NCBI RefSeq assembly: GCF_006345805.1
Contig: NC_043004.1
Span: forward strand, 43,648,001-43,712,000
Length of the DNA: 64,000 bases
Source: Octopus sinensis
Lineage: Eukaryota
Direction of reading: 5' to 3'
Part shown: positions 12,356 to 25,580 of the stretch, in pieces
Layout: each line of letters starts with the position of its first letter
Numbering within the stretch: the stretch's first letter is position 1
Position numbers and translations under genes: made by a program
The notes under the pieces: generated by a model
Database searches by the model: none
What the model was told of the DNA's origin: nothing
The model's input: the letters and a program-made list of their open reading frames with translations, nothing else

Positions 12356-15069
12356 ATGGAGTTGTTCGAGATTGATGCGTCCCTTAAGGATATTCCTATA
12401 CCACCGAAGGACGCCTTCCTTAAGGAGTTGGTTTGTAAAACCAACGCATTCATAAACCGGATAAGATGGCTCGTTTTCTTCCACGAGAACGAAGATCTAA
12501 AATCGAACCGGACAACAGCATCGTCCGAATATGGCCGGCTTTTTAAAACATTGGATACGCCGCCACCCAACCCAAGACTGAAGAAGTTTGAGGACGACTT
12601 GTGGGACATAGTTAGAAAGATTAAGTTCAGGAAGTCACCCAGGAGAAATGCCCACCTCAGATACCTAGATAAAATTACCAAGGACATTAATAGAACGGAC
12701 GGAGTCCTGGTCCAGTCCGACAAGACCAGGAACACATACAAGCTACCCACTAAGCAGTACCTAGATTTACTCGGTAAAGAGATCAAGAAAAATTATAGAA
12801 CAACCAATTGGAGTACCCTGAGGAAGGTAAACTTGGAAATTAAGGAAATAATGTTTAAACACGGAATTCAAATGAGAATGCAACCGCTTAGCCCTAAGCA
12901 ACCTAGATTCATAGTGAAGGACCAAAAACCGAACTTCCACACCAACCCAGGGCTAAGACTCATATGCCCTGCTAGCTCTGATATCGGGATAATCAGTAAG
13001 TACATTTTAGATAAATATATCCCTAGTTTAGTAAACAAGCTGAAGCTCAGCCTCTGGGCCAACTCCTCGCAGGTAGTGAAGTGGTTCTCTTCCATCCCCA
13101 ATAAGAACCGTACTAGGTTCATTCAGTTTGATATCGCCAGCTTCTCCCCCTCGATTAACCCTAGTGTACTAAATAAGGCCCTTTGGCATGCTCACAACAA
13201 GGCTGGCCTCACCAGAGAAGAAATAGATATCATTTTAGTTGCCAGGAAATCGTTTATTAAGTTTGATAATAAGTTGTGGATCCGTAAAGATACTCCCAAT
13301 GAATTTGATGTGCCTATGGGTAGTTCGGATAGTGCGCAGATAGCCGATTTGGTCGGAATATATATTCTCTACGAATTGTCCGACCAATTCCCGGAGATCG
13401 CGGGCGGCCTGTATCGTGACGATTGTCTGTTTTACCTGCAAAACACCACGAACAGAAGAGTGCAGAAAACTAAGAGCAGGTTAGCTAGGTTTTTAATAGA
13501 ATGGGCATGAATATAGTTTTTGATAATGAACTCACCAAGGCTAATTTCCTAGACGTTACACTTAACCTTAATAGCGACTCATACTGCCCTTACCATAAGC
13601 CTTCCACTAATTTGAAGTATGTCAGTGTCTTCTTAAATCATGCCAAAACCGTAGCAGACAATTTGGTTAAAAACATCTCTCTAAGATTGTCTGGCTTGTC
13701 CGCTAGTGCCGATATTTTTATGCAGAAAGCGGAATTTTATAACGCCGCACTATCCAAGGCCGGTTATAGGCAGAGGGTAATTTATATTGATCCGGCCCTT
13801 CCGATGCCATCATTCGGTCATCAGGATAGGGCCGTCTATAATAACATTAATAATTTAAGTAGTGACGGGAGCGCGGCGGGTGCTGGGGCAGTCGCTCCCG
13901 CATTTAATTTAGCGAACAAGGATAATTATCGGTCCGGGGGATCTCACACTAACCCAAAACCCGTTATTCATCCGAGAATCACCCACCCGAATGCGAGAGC
14001 TGGCGTCCCGACCCATCACATAAATAGGAATAAGCATATATGGTTTGTAATTCCCTTTGGTAAGCAGATTAGAACTAACCTCCCCCTCATGTTTCGACAA
14101 GCCATCGCCAATAACTTCCCCAGAAATTCCAAATATTACACCACGGTTAACTCGCATAAAGTTAGGATAGCTTTCTCCAACACTAAAAACCTCGCCCAGA
14201 TAGTCGCCTCCCACAATAATAGGCTGCTTACTAAGACCCTATCACCTTTTTCCGGAGGCACATCTTCTTCCGCTCCCGGTTTAACGCTCAGTAGGAATAA
14301 TAATATTAGTAATAATGATATGAGAGCCAGTACAATGACTCATAATCTCAGCTCCAACCAGGGATTATATACTAGGGGTATAGTTATAAATAAGGGTGAT
14401 GTCATTGACGGTAACAATGGCAGTAGTGAGGTGAACGCAGCTCGGCTCGCTAGGGTAGAGAGTCCCAATAGCAACTCCAGCATGGTTTCCGGCAATAGCA
14501 GCACCGCGGGCACTAGCAATGACAGCACTCTGAGTGATAGTGTAGAATCAGGGGTTATTCCGTTAGTTAATAGTGACGTAGTGGAAAATAAAGTAGTAAG
14601 CGGCTGCAGTTCTCGCAACAAATATAGTAACAGTAACGCAGTTTTAATTTCAGAAACTAATCCTAATAGAATAAGGTTCACGTCGGTGAACTCCAAGATC
14701 AGAAACGCCGTCTACCAATGTAAGGTTTACACGGACTCAGATGTCTACTCTTATGTCGGGGCCTCATCGTCAAGATTGACCTCACGAATCTCCAACCATT
14801 ACGCAACTTTCCGAGACGTGAATAAATGCCAGACCACGGGACTTAGCAAGCTAATATGGCGATTGAAGAATACGAACTCAAGCCACAGGCTGGAATGGTC
14901 AATTTTGTCGGTGGCCCTCCCATTTGACAGGGGCAGAAGGAAGTGCAACCTTTGTGTCTCCGAACTCTTCCATATATTGTTCGCCAGAGACCGGATGGTA
15001 AACGGACTTTTACAGTCGGCTTTTCGTTGCCCCCACTGGCGGCGTTATACTTATCTTGCTTATAAATAA
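12356..15069 (+). CDS. PLE polyprotein: reverse transcriptase plus C-terminal GIY-YIG endonuclease, about 904 aa once a single 1-nt frameshift near 13495 is restored
   Basis: MELFEIDASLKDIPIP...; RT motifs FDIASFSPSI, PMGSSDSAQIADLVG, GLYRDDCL, then NFLDVTL in the next frame; endonuclease AVYQCKV...YVGAS..R...H, LSKLIWRLK, KCNLCVSEL, CPH. No internal stops other than the one caused by the frameshift. Confidence 0.92.
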
Positions 15070-15608
15070 CGGTTACACTACTTATATGAAAATAGCCCTT
15101 GGAAATAAATTCTGAAAAAGCGTTTAAGAGAAATATGATTAACCATTGCAAGGGGAATTACTTCTGGGAGACAAATGGTGGTTTGTTTTGACGACGGGGG
15201 GTTTCTTTGACAAGGCATGATTAGACGAACACACGCACACAAAAAACATTTTTTTCTGCCACCCGACGGATTTTACAGCAGTGACCATTGTGTAGGGCTG
15301 TTTACCAACTGACGGCCGCGTGATCAAACGCACATACGAACACATAAAAAATTTCTTCTACCCCCTGACGGATTTCTCAGCAGCGACCAGAGTGTAGCGC
15401 TACTTACCAACTTGCGGCCGCGTGCATATATAGAACAGTACACACACACATGTTTCTAAGTAGATTTTGCCTCGCCCCATATAATACACCTAATATTCTT
15501 CAAATAGTCAGAACTTTAATCTCGGTCACAAAGAACATCTAAGCACCCCGTGCTCCCACCCACCGGAATGACCGCTGCCTGACCCGTTAAAACCTTCAAC
15601 GCACCCGC

Positions 15609-16017
15609 CACCAGTTTTCAACATACGTTGATAAACAGTTTGGCCATGGGCTCTTAGGAGCCTCGTTCGATTTGTTTTGCTCCGCCTCTGTTCTGTTTTT
15701 TGTTTTTTCCAACGGATTTCCTATTTTTTCCTGAAGAGAAAGACACAGTATGGTCTCCTTATTCAATCGGAATTTGGTAAATTGTGCCTTTCGAAACACG
15801 TGTAGAATGCAATAAAACGATTTCTGTTCAATCTTCGTTCAACTCCATTTCTTCAATTCACTAATAATATTAAAATTCAATTATCCGCACCAACGCACGG
15901 TTGCAACACCATATGGTTGTACCTCCAACCGTGCTGTCTTCGGCTGTGATTTTTGCTACCAAGGTATCGGTTAAACTTTTGATTAATCTGCAACAAGATT
16001 ATTCATCTTTCTATTTC

Positions 16018-16020
<3 letters not shown>
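15609..16020 (+). repeat. 3' pseudo-LTR
   Basis: Direct repeat of 11948-12308; ends in (AT)n. Confidence 0.93.
15721..15813 (+). ncRNA. Hammerhead ribozyme in the 3' pLTR
   Basis: CTGAAGA 15731-15737; GAAAGACACAGT/ATTGTGCCTTTC stem II; GAAAC ACGT GTA with predicted cleavage after 15804. Confidence 0.8.
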
Positions 16021-16081
<61 letters not shown>

Positions 16082-16086
<5 letters not shown>

Positions 16087-16315
16087 TGAAATAGAAAGAT
16101 GAATAATCTTGTTGCAGATTAATCAAAAGTTTAACCGATACCTTGGTAGCAAAAATCACAGCCGAAGACAGCACGGTTGGAGGTACAACCATATGGTGTT
16201 GCAACCGTGCGTTGGTGCGGATAATTGAATTTTAATATTATTAGTGAATTGAAGAAATGGAGTTGAACGAAGATTGAACAGAAATCGTTTTATTGCATTC
16301 TACACGTGTAGAATG
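16082..16315 (-). repeat. Inverted pLTR arm forming a palindrome with 15796-16020 across an (AT)n spacer
   Basis: About 228 bp that appear identical to the reverse complement of the 3' pLTR end; terminates in the perfect 20-bp palindrome cattctacacgtgtagaatg (16296-16315). Confidence 0.93.
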
Positions 16316-16511
16316 TATATATGTATATATTATGGATAAAGATATAAAGATATATATACGTTGTCGGATCGAGGATGAAATATGTGGTTCAACCTCAACA
16401 GCAACATGTATTTTAAACAAATTCTAAATCTGTTACAAACACACACGCATACATACAGACACATACACCCCCACATTCCCACAAAAATAACCCAAAGCCT
16501 AACTATATATG

Positions 16512-16557
<46 letters not shown>

Positions 16558-16559
16558 CT

Positions 16560-16750
16560 CTTATATAAAATCCGTTCTGTGTGTGTGTGTGGCTTCTAGG
16601 ATCTCGGGCATCTTCCATCCGATTGCGCTCAAATTTGATATGTAGATATTGACGGTATCAGGGCGTGTATAATCTTATATTCGATTCCGGGTGAGAATGC
16701 GATCGATAAAGCCGTGGGAAATCTTTGTTTCTTTGGAATAGAAAAAAAGT
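16560..16750 (+). mobile_element. Probable DINE-1/HINE-like Helitron-derived fragment
   Basis: tatataaaatccgttctgtgtgtg...ccgattgcgctcaaatttgatatg resembles the HINE 5' end and core; resemblance only. Confidence 0.4.
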
Positions 16751-17872
16751 CTATCTTTATTTCTTCTTTTGCTGGTGTCTCAAATTTAGGTTAAATCAGT
16801 GTTTCTCAAAGGGGAGGCCTATGGGACGATCGGACAAGTTGTTTTGAGAAAATTCTATTTAAACGTTTGACAACTCAGCTCCCTCTGTTGGACGGGGGGG
16901 GGCGTTTTGTTCGTACATACATATAGCTATTTCTTCAAGTTTGTGTTGCGTTTTATTGGTTTGCACAGCGAACTCTCACGTTTTTAAGAAAAAATAGTGA
17001 GTTACTAGGGTGCCAACACTATCTATCTATTCATCTATTATCTTTAACACGTAAATACACACATATACACAAGTACACATACACAAACACCCACACACTC
17101 TGTCATACTGTATTTCTCTGTGAACAAGAACTTTTCATTTCCCATTCTTCCCTCCTAAATATTCGTTGTGGCAGGTGTCATCTCCCCTATTGATTCCTCC
17201 CCTTATTCCCTCTCCCTATCTGGATGTTGTTACAGGCAGACAGACGGCGCTCGGCTCCTCACTTATAGTATATGATTGTCTACGCGCAGTCATTTTCCAT
17301 ACCCGAAACATCTCATTTAACAATATCCACAGATCACACCATTTCCTATTTTCCAAACGTTTCTTGATATATACAGCTGATTGTTTTTTTTTTGTTTTTT
17401 TTTTTCAGATGAAAGACTGCACATATTTCTACTTAGTTAAACGAACTTATACAGATTCCATAATTTTTTTTGTTGAAGACATATTCCCAGGCTCTGACGG
17501 AAGATATTTCAGATATCCCATTAATACAATTTGGTAAAGAATTCATTTTAAGGAAGCCCTATATATCATCTACATTAGGAATAATATTTTCCTGAAGAAA
17601 GTATGGAAACAAAGAAGCAGATATTTTTGAAATGTTTTGAAAACAAACAAAAGGTGCCAGCACATCGTTAATAAATCCCCCACAGAGTCTATGACAAAGC
17701 CTTATTCTAAGTCCTCACGCTGTTGTAATTATTAGTCCTATATATTAGTGTGCATATGCACAGATACACATACATACAATGAGTATATATATATATATGC
17801 ATATATATATATATAATATATATATATAGGTATATATATATACATGTGTGTATACATATATATATATACACG

Positions 17873-17904
<32 letters not shown>

Positions 17905-18379
17905 ATACATATATGTATCCGTGTCTGCGTGTGCGTGTGTGTATATATATTATGTATTGAATAGGAAATCATAGTATATTTTGTTTATTGATATCGACTT
18001 CAACGTCGTAATATTCTCTGTTTCTATATATTAATTTTATAGTCTTCAAGAATAGAGAGAATGTTCGCAGTATACAAATCTGTGGTAGTTTCCAGTAATG
18101 AAGGCGAATGAAATAATGGATAGGATGAAGGTTTGTTATAAAAGAATAGGTAGTAAGACAGCTAGACCGAACTTCTGCTCATATCTTGTGGGGGAAAAAA
18201 TTCCATGTTCTGCTTACACACGTGCGTATATACATTCGGTTGTGCGTGTGTTCATACATTCGGCTGTGTCTAAACGTATGTGTGTTTTCGAGCAAAATCT
18301 GCAATCATATGATAAATATCCGCATGCAGACTCTTTCATATGCATGTATAAGTATTGCAGCACTAATAAGTTACCTGCC

Positions 18380-19344
18380 CTCCACTAATCCTCTATAGAA
18401 CGCCTTTGTTGTAATGAAGTCGCACAAGAAGTTGGGTCTCGGACGGTAGAGTTGCTTGAGGGTAACGCGACACTCGTGGTCCATTCGCCTATCCTCGGTC
18501 TCCGTTTGATCCACGACTGCAGTTCGGCCAAAGATACGTGTTGCAGGAAGGCGCCCCGCACAAAGGTGTCCACACCTATTAACCGTCGTCTATGAAACGC
18601 CGAAGATATCACAGCCTCAGCGCATCATCAACCACGTCATGCCTAGCCTTCCATTTAGCGAGTGTTGCCAGCAAATGGATCGCCTAACCATCAAAACACT
18701 TCTCTTCCACGAGAAGCGGAAGAGTATGCGTTCCAGTTTGGTGATGATAGGGTTGAGACAAGGTACGACGGTGAGACGGTAATCGGTGACGGATGTACGC
18801 TTTCACCACCTCTGCCTGACCTTTTAGGGATAGCTTCCTCTCGGCCCATTGCTGGGTGAGAGTGACCACCCTAGACGTTATTTCGCCCCAGTTATTCTCC
18901 ATTTGGAAGTCCGGACTGAACCAGAATCCGAGTAATTTAACCGGTCAGTTGATGCAGCTTCCTTCGATGGAGACGCTGTTGGACGACATGGGCTTGCTAC
19001 TCCAGGTTCCAGCTGCAAGCCCACTAACTTTTCCTGGTTAATTTTTCCTGCCCTTACCGCTTCGTATTCTTTAGGTGTCGCCTTGTGAACCAGGTTCTCG
19101 ATGACAAGCAACAACCTCTCGGCTAACACCTTGATCAAAATTTTCAAATCTGCGTTGACCTGAGTAATGGGCCTGAAGTTATCTATTATGTACCCCTTGT
19201 TTGGTTCTTTCTTTAGTAGTGCCATCGCTAAAGAAAGGATACTCGCGTTTTGCTGCCAGTTGCAGTAGACAGCTGCCAAGCCGCCTTCCAACAAGTCTGG
19301 CATATGACAATAAAGTTGGTGAGGCAGACCATCCAAGCCTATCC

Positions 19345-19345
<1 letters not shown>
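18380..19345 (-). pseudogene. L1/Tx1-clade LINE ORF2 remnant with internal deletion
   Basis: DGLPHQLY...LLKKEPNKG..IDNFRPIT.VNADLKIL.KVLAERL and NWGEITSRV.TLTQ.WAERKLSLKG are L1/Tx1-type RT segments; the catalytic YADD region is missing. Confidence 0.85.
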
Positions 19346-19920
<575 letters not shown>

Positions 19921-20410
19921 ACAAAAAGAAACTTATACCTGAGAAGCATTTCGGGTTGCAACAATGGTAGAAACTATTAACCTTTAGAGATTCTGCCCGC
20001 AGCCACAGCAACAAAAATTCTGAATTTGACTGAACCATTCGCTGTAACTGGAGGTAGTAGAGAAAACCGACGGTATAAAGACTTCACGAGTACGCATCTA
20101 GCATCTCATTTACGTCATCATCTATTTCCTTGGTACGAGTAAAAACGAGGTCTATCTACTGTTATACTAATCATTTGAAGTTTAATTCTACATGATCAAA
20201 TATGCCAATGCAGTTTTTTATTTAAAAAAATCATCAAAATATAGAGCTATATGGAAATGATACAAAGAAAAAAGCGCTTCTAAGACTACGAAGCATTAGA
20301 TAATCCATTATTAAGATGTATCACCACGTTTTACACAAATACCAAAACACTTACACAACGATAGCAGGGATAAACTCAAATACATACGTACAAACACATA
20401 CACACTCACA

Positions 20411-20665
20411 CACACATAGAGGCATATATTTGTACTTACATAGGTGTATATATACGCCACATATATTTATATGTATATGTATAAATACACACACACACAT
20501 ACTTTCTTTTTTCTGGACACACGCACACACACGCACACACACGCACACACACACATAGAGGCATATATTTGTACTTACATAGGTGTATATATACGCCACA
20601 TATATTTATATGTATATGTATAAATACACACACAATCATACTTTCTTTTTTCTGGACACACACAC
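20411..20665. repeat. Tandem duplication, period about 139 bp
   Basis: atagaggcatatatttgtacttacatagg...tactttcttttttctggacacac occurs at about 20416 and 20555, separated by a CA-rich tract. Confidence 0.9.
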
Positions 20666-21007
20666 ACACATATATACTGGAACTGTAGATCTTATTATTT
20701 CGAAGAACTAGACACAGGAAGAGAACTACAATAGACATGTGAAATACTAAACATGATGCATCAAACTGGTAATTAAGGTTTATATATATATGTGTATGTG
20801 TGTATGTATGTATGTATATCGTATTTCCAATGGTGTGATAAATAATATCAAGGTAAAATATCTGCACTGGCAAACAAAACAGAATTACATGTTGTGAGAA
20901 AGATGGATGGACACCGTTATTCTTTATTTTACCTTCGTCCTTCGCGTATGTGATTAGGAACCGCAATACGAGAACATGTCTTGAAACACAACTTGGTATA
21001 TACAAAA

Positions 21008-21041
<34 letters not shown>

Positions 21042-21376
21042 CCGCACGCACATATACAGTCATACACATATACGTAAATTAAGTGTTGCAATGGCGTATA
21101 AATATATGTGTGTATGCAGGTACACTAATACGTACATACGTAATACATACACACACATATATGTTTGTGTTCATATATGTTCGTATGTATGTGTGTATGT
21201 ATATGTAAATCCGATGCGGGAGTGTGTCTTTTTACTATATATATATATTGAGATTACAGTGAATATTATGTGAGGAGAATCCTTCAATTACAATAGTGTT
21301 GAAACCCAAAACAGCAATATTTAGATATATGTTCTAGTTATTGCGCTCCGTATACATACATACTTAGAAACACACA

Positions 21377-21415
<39 letters not shown>

Positions 21416-21548
21416 CAACTATGTATATTACATACATATGTGCGTGTGTGTGTAAATATATGTACATGTATATGTATACATATATACACATATATATATA
21501 TATATTTGTGTGTGTGTGTATGTATGTATATATATGTATATGTATATA

Positions 21549-21619
<71 letters not shown>

Positions 21620-23766
21620 ACATATATCCACACATAAAAACACGTACAAGCAGAAAAATGGCTTCCAAAATATACACATGTTAAGCAACCAACGCCTATG
21701 AATAATTCGGGGAAGGTAAATAAACACAATACTACAGGAGAAGAAGGGATATCGAACAATACATTGCATATAATACCCAAATAGAAACGTGAATTAACGT
21801 TCTTCATGTGTAAAGCTTAAATGCAGCCAGAATAAAATATAGGCACAACCGAATCGTACGCGCATTGAGATTATCATAAATCTATTTAATAACTCATTAC
21901 AATACATGCAATGTTAATATATCCAGGATTCCAGCCCTATTATACATACCCTCGAATATCATAAGTTATCCTGATTATACGACACACACATTTCAAGATG
22001 CCTTAACTATCTTTTCTACCAGAGAAAATAGTTTACACAGAGAATTTAAACTTCGATGGTAAAAGATGTGGAGTCATCGGTGTTGAAATCTGTACATTCT
22101 TAACCAAGTGATTTATGATATAACTGTTTGAAAAACTGAGTATTTATGGAAACAAGACGCAAATGTGACGACGTAGCTGATATATATCGTGCGGTAAAAG
22201 GACCTCCAAAAGATGACACCTATTTAATGAAACAGATTATCTTGGAAATATCGTACACAAAAAAAAACTGCCTGGATTCAGGCAACAAAATAATGATTCA
22301 TTGACTATTCAAACACTCTAAGAATAGAATGCTGATAATAGTCTATAAAATATGGCTCCAGATATTGACCTCTACTTTAATATTATAGACATCTAAGCCT
22401 TTTCTCTCTGATCAGAGGGCGTTCAGTTTAAGTAAACATTAAATCAAAGGAAACGTAGAATTAAAGCGTTTTTGAAACATGCAAGGAATTCTATGATATC
22501 ATGTCTTAGACGATCATACAAATCTATGAAAAAATCCTCTAGCGTCGGTAGCAAAATCAATTTAAATTTTAAACTACGTAGAGACCTACATATGGTTCTT
22601 ATGATGTAATGTAGTTGCCTTGCAACTACCTGCACGACAGAAAGTTCCCGTACTGTGATTGATGGGATTGTCGAAAATAGGCGTAGAGCAATTCAACGTT
22701 GGGAACAAAGTCCGTTGTGCACACCCACACAAACCGACTGGCCACGAAGGCAAAACACAGAATTTCTCCTCACCGTCGACACATTCGATAAATGAATCAA
22801 TGAGATTTCTCATCAAGAACTCAGAACTAATAATACCAAATTTCTTATGATAGAGCGTGTTTCTTTTCTTGCAAAATTTGCTTTCCTAGACAACAGCATA
22901 TACAAATAACGCGCAAAAACACATATACATAAATACATACACTCACTCATGTCTATATGTGTACATATATGTGTGTATATACAAATAAAATTTTATGCAA
23001 AATATGGCATAAACCTTAAATTGTGGAATCAATTTACATATTGGAAAGCATATCTGTAAGAGAGAAAATAATATAAAAATCTTTCCCATGTGAGATTTTA
23101 TATGCATACATTAACTGAATACACGAGCGCGCATGTTACAAGCATGAATAAGAAAAGTGAAATATAAGGAACTGCTAGGGAATATTTCAAAGATAGTATT
23201 TCCATTTGCAAATCATTAACCAAATATTTTGATTATTTTCCTATTTGAAACTATAAACATAAGCATTTCAATCTGAGTACATATACTCAAACATGTGTTG
23301 GCAAAATACTTTCTTTCTCCCCTATCCACTATTTTGTGAGCCTTATCTACAAACATTCTTTATTAAAAGCCGCGATACCACAATCGAAAACGAAAAACAA
23401 AATAACGATCTCTTTGACGACAGATATATTGTTCCATATCGTATGTAAGATACTATCGTATGTAAGGATTTTGACTGTATGACAATGTAAGAGCAGTTCA
23501 TAGGGTTTTATAATTTCGGCAGAGATAAATATTTAGCAGAGTGGTGGGCAAAATGTTCTAGGCTATAAAGAATGTTTGCGTTCTGAAATAAAATCCTGTA
23601 TGGGATAAAATTCAACGAAAATCGCCCAACAGCAAGTAAAGGAGATTGTTTTCAATGTTAGTAAGTGATTGCCATAACAGAGAAATACATAATAAACATA
23701 AACACATGCATGTACATACCTGTACACACATGCATGTACACACATATGTATACACATTATTGTATT

Positions 23767-24015
23767 GTGGAGGCGCGTGGCTTAGTGATTAGGGTGTTGC
23801 ACTCATGATTGTATGGTTGTGGTTTCGATTCCGGAACCGGGCGATGCCTTGTGTTCTTGAGAAAAACACTTCATTTTCACGTTGCTCCAGTCCAGTCAAC
23901 TGGCAAAAATGAGCAATCCTGCGACGGACCGGCGTTCCGTCAAGGTGGGGAATTTCTACGCCATTGAAACCGAGAAACCGGCCCTTACGAGCCTGGCATG
24001 GCTCGAGAAGGAACA
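23767..24015 (+). mobile_element. tRNA-derived SINE, family B here
   Basis: ggaggcgcgtggcttagtgattagggtgttgcactc...ggtttcgattcc head, ttgtgttcttgagaaaaacacttcattt central block, tail gcctggcatggctcgagaaggaaca. Confidence 0.88.
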
Positions 24016-24031
24016 TATTAATATATATATA

Positions 24032-25398
24032 CACCCAGAATGACGCTAACAACTTAGGAGTGAAATTTAGGATTTCTCGGTTTCTCTGAATCGATTTTGA
24101 TAAAACTTTTTCCAGCTGGTTTGCACACTATGGCAACACCATTGTTCATCGTTACGTTTTCATTTATTGACATAATGAATTATTTAGCCACATGAGTGTC
24201 AAGGCAAACACGATCCGATCGTGGGACGCCCAAATCTGTGACAGCTAGAAATTTAAGAAATATTGACCGCACGTTACGCGGGAAACCTGAACAAACCAGC
24301 AAACCCTTTTCCCCGCCTTCGGACTGCCGCATGTACAGAAAACCATGAGAAATCACATTCTTGGGACCATTGCTTCCGTGCGGTAAAATACTGAAACTGC
24401 ATCCTCGCAGTAGTTTGAAATTTCAATGGGCCCAAAATCACAAGACGTTAAACATGTGTTGTAGTCTATTCACTGACGAAACAAGAGCGAATCTTGACGG
24501 AACTGACAGTTGGGCAAATGACTGGGTCTTGAGGGTGAGAGTCACCAACAATTACGACGTCAACAACAGGGTAGAGGAGTCATGATGTGGGCTGGTATCA
24601 TTGGGGACAGGCTTGTTGCCCCAGTTAGGGTGCCTAAAGTGATTAAAAGGACCGCAACCGCCTTCTACAATCTCCCGAAGGAGATCTTGGATTCATAGAT
24701 GGGGTCTTGAAGGGGCTAGATGACATGCTGCTGTCACTTGTAAGGAATGTCGTATTCAGATATGACAACGCTCCCTTCCATTCTGCCAGTACCAACCATT
24801 CCTAGGTCCTTGCGGCATACAATTTGAAAGGTTGACTGAGTGGCCGCTAGCATTTTCGGTTCTCAACACTATTGATTGGAAATTTCGATCCATTATTAAA
24901 CAAGATATTTATGCCGATGGACCTCCAATTGACATCGAAAGATATCTTATGGGCGACCAGCAAAGTTGCAACTGAGGCAGTCCGACCTGCTACTATTAAG
25001 ACATTGAAAGATGCCATGACTAATTAAGTGTTTGAAGTTAACCGTCGAAATGACGCTCACGTGGCAAAATAATTCATTATGTCAATAATTGTTATAATAT
25101 TATCACGGTTTTCTGTTAAATATATACTCAATGTATGCTTACCATTTATCATCACCCTTCAGTTTCTGAAAAAAATGTCTATAGGTGCTATCTTCATTCA
25201 AAAACTATTAGCGTGGTTCACCCCAAAAACTGAAGAATTTAGAATAAAAAAGAAAGGACGCTACACAGAATAATGAAAGCATAACAATGGTTTTGCCATA
25301 GTGTGCAGACCAGCTGAGAAACTTTTTATCAAAATCGATTCTGAGAAAACCGAGAAATCCTAAATTTCACTCCTCAGCTATTAGCGTGGTTCTGGGTG
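24032..25398 (+). mobile_element. Tc1-like DNA transposon with about 120-bp TIRs, TA target duplication and decayed transposase
   Basis: TA|cacccagaa...ggagtgaaatttaggatttctcgg is inverted at ccgagaaatcctaaatttcactcc...tctgggtg|TA; the interior translates as LFTDETRANLDG..., VMMWAGIIGDRLV and DNAPFHSA. Confidence 0.92.
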
Positions 25399-25537
25399 TA
25401 TTATTATATTGTTATATAGGTGCGTAAAGTAATATGCATATATGGATAAATGTAAACGCACTCATGTATACATACATATATACATATACATCCCTACCTA
25501 CATACATACATATATATAAATATATATATATATATAT

Positions 25538-25580
<43 letters not shown>

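Larger units (their letters stand above)
11051..16315 (+). mobile_element. Near-intact endonuclease-positive Penelope-like retroelement with tandem and inverted pseudo-LTRs, inserted in (AT)n
   Basis: RT and GIY-YIG ORF; direct repeats 11948-12308 and 15609-16020; inverted copies 11051-11933 and 16082-16309; (AT)n at the left boundary and after the 3' pLTR; hammerhead motifs in the pLTRs. Confidence 0.95.

Noticed and set aside
12346-14696. Antisense ORFs of 68-146 aa overlapping the PLE ORF
   Set aside because: Expected shadows of a long coding sequence; no recognisable motifs.
22442-22790. Protein-looking plus-strand frame (RRIKAFLKH...RRAIQRWEQSPL)
   Set aside because: Interrupted by a stop, with no convincing splice sites or recognisable family.
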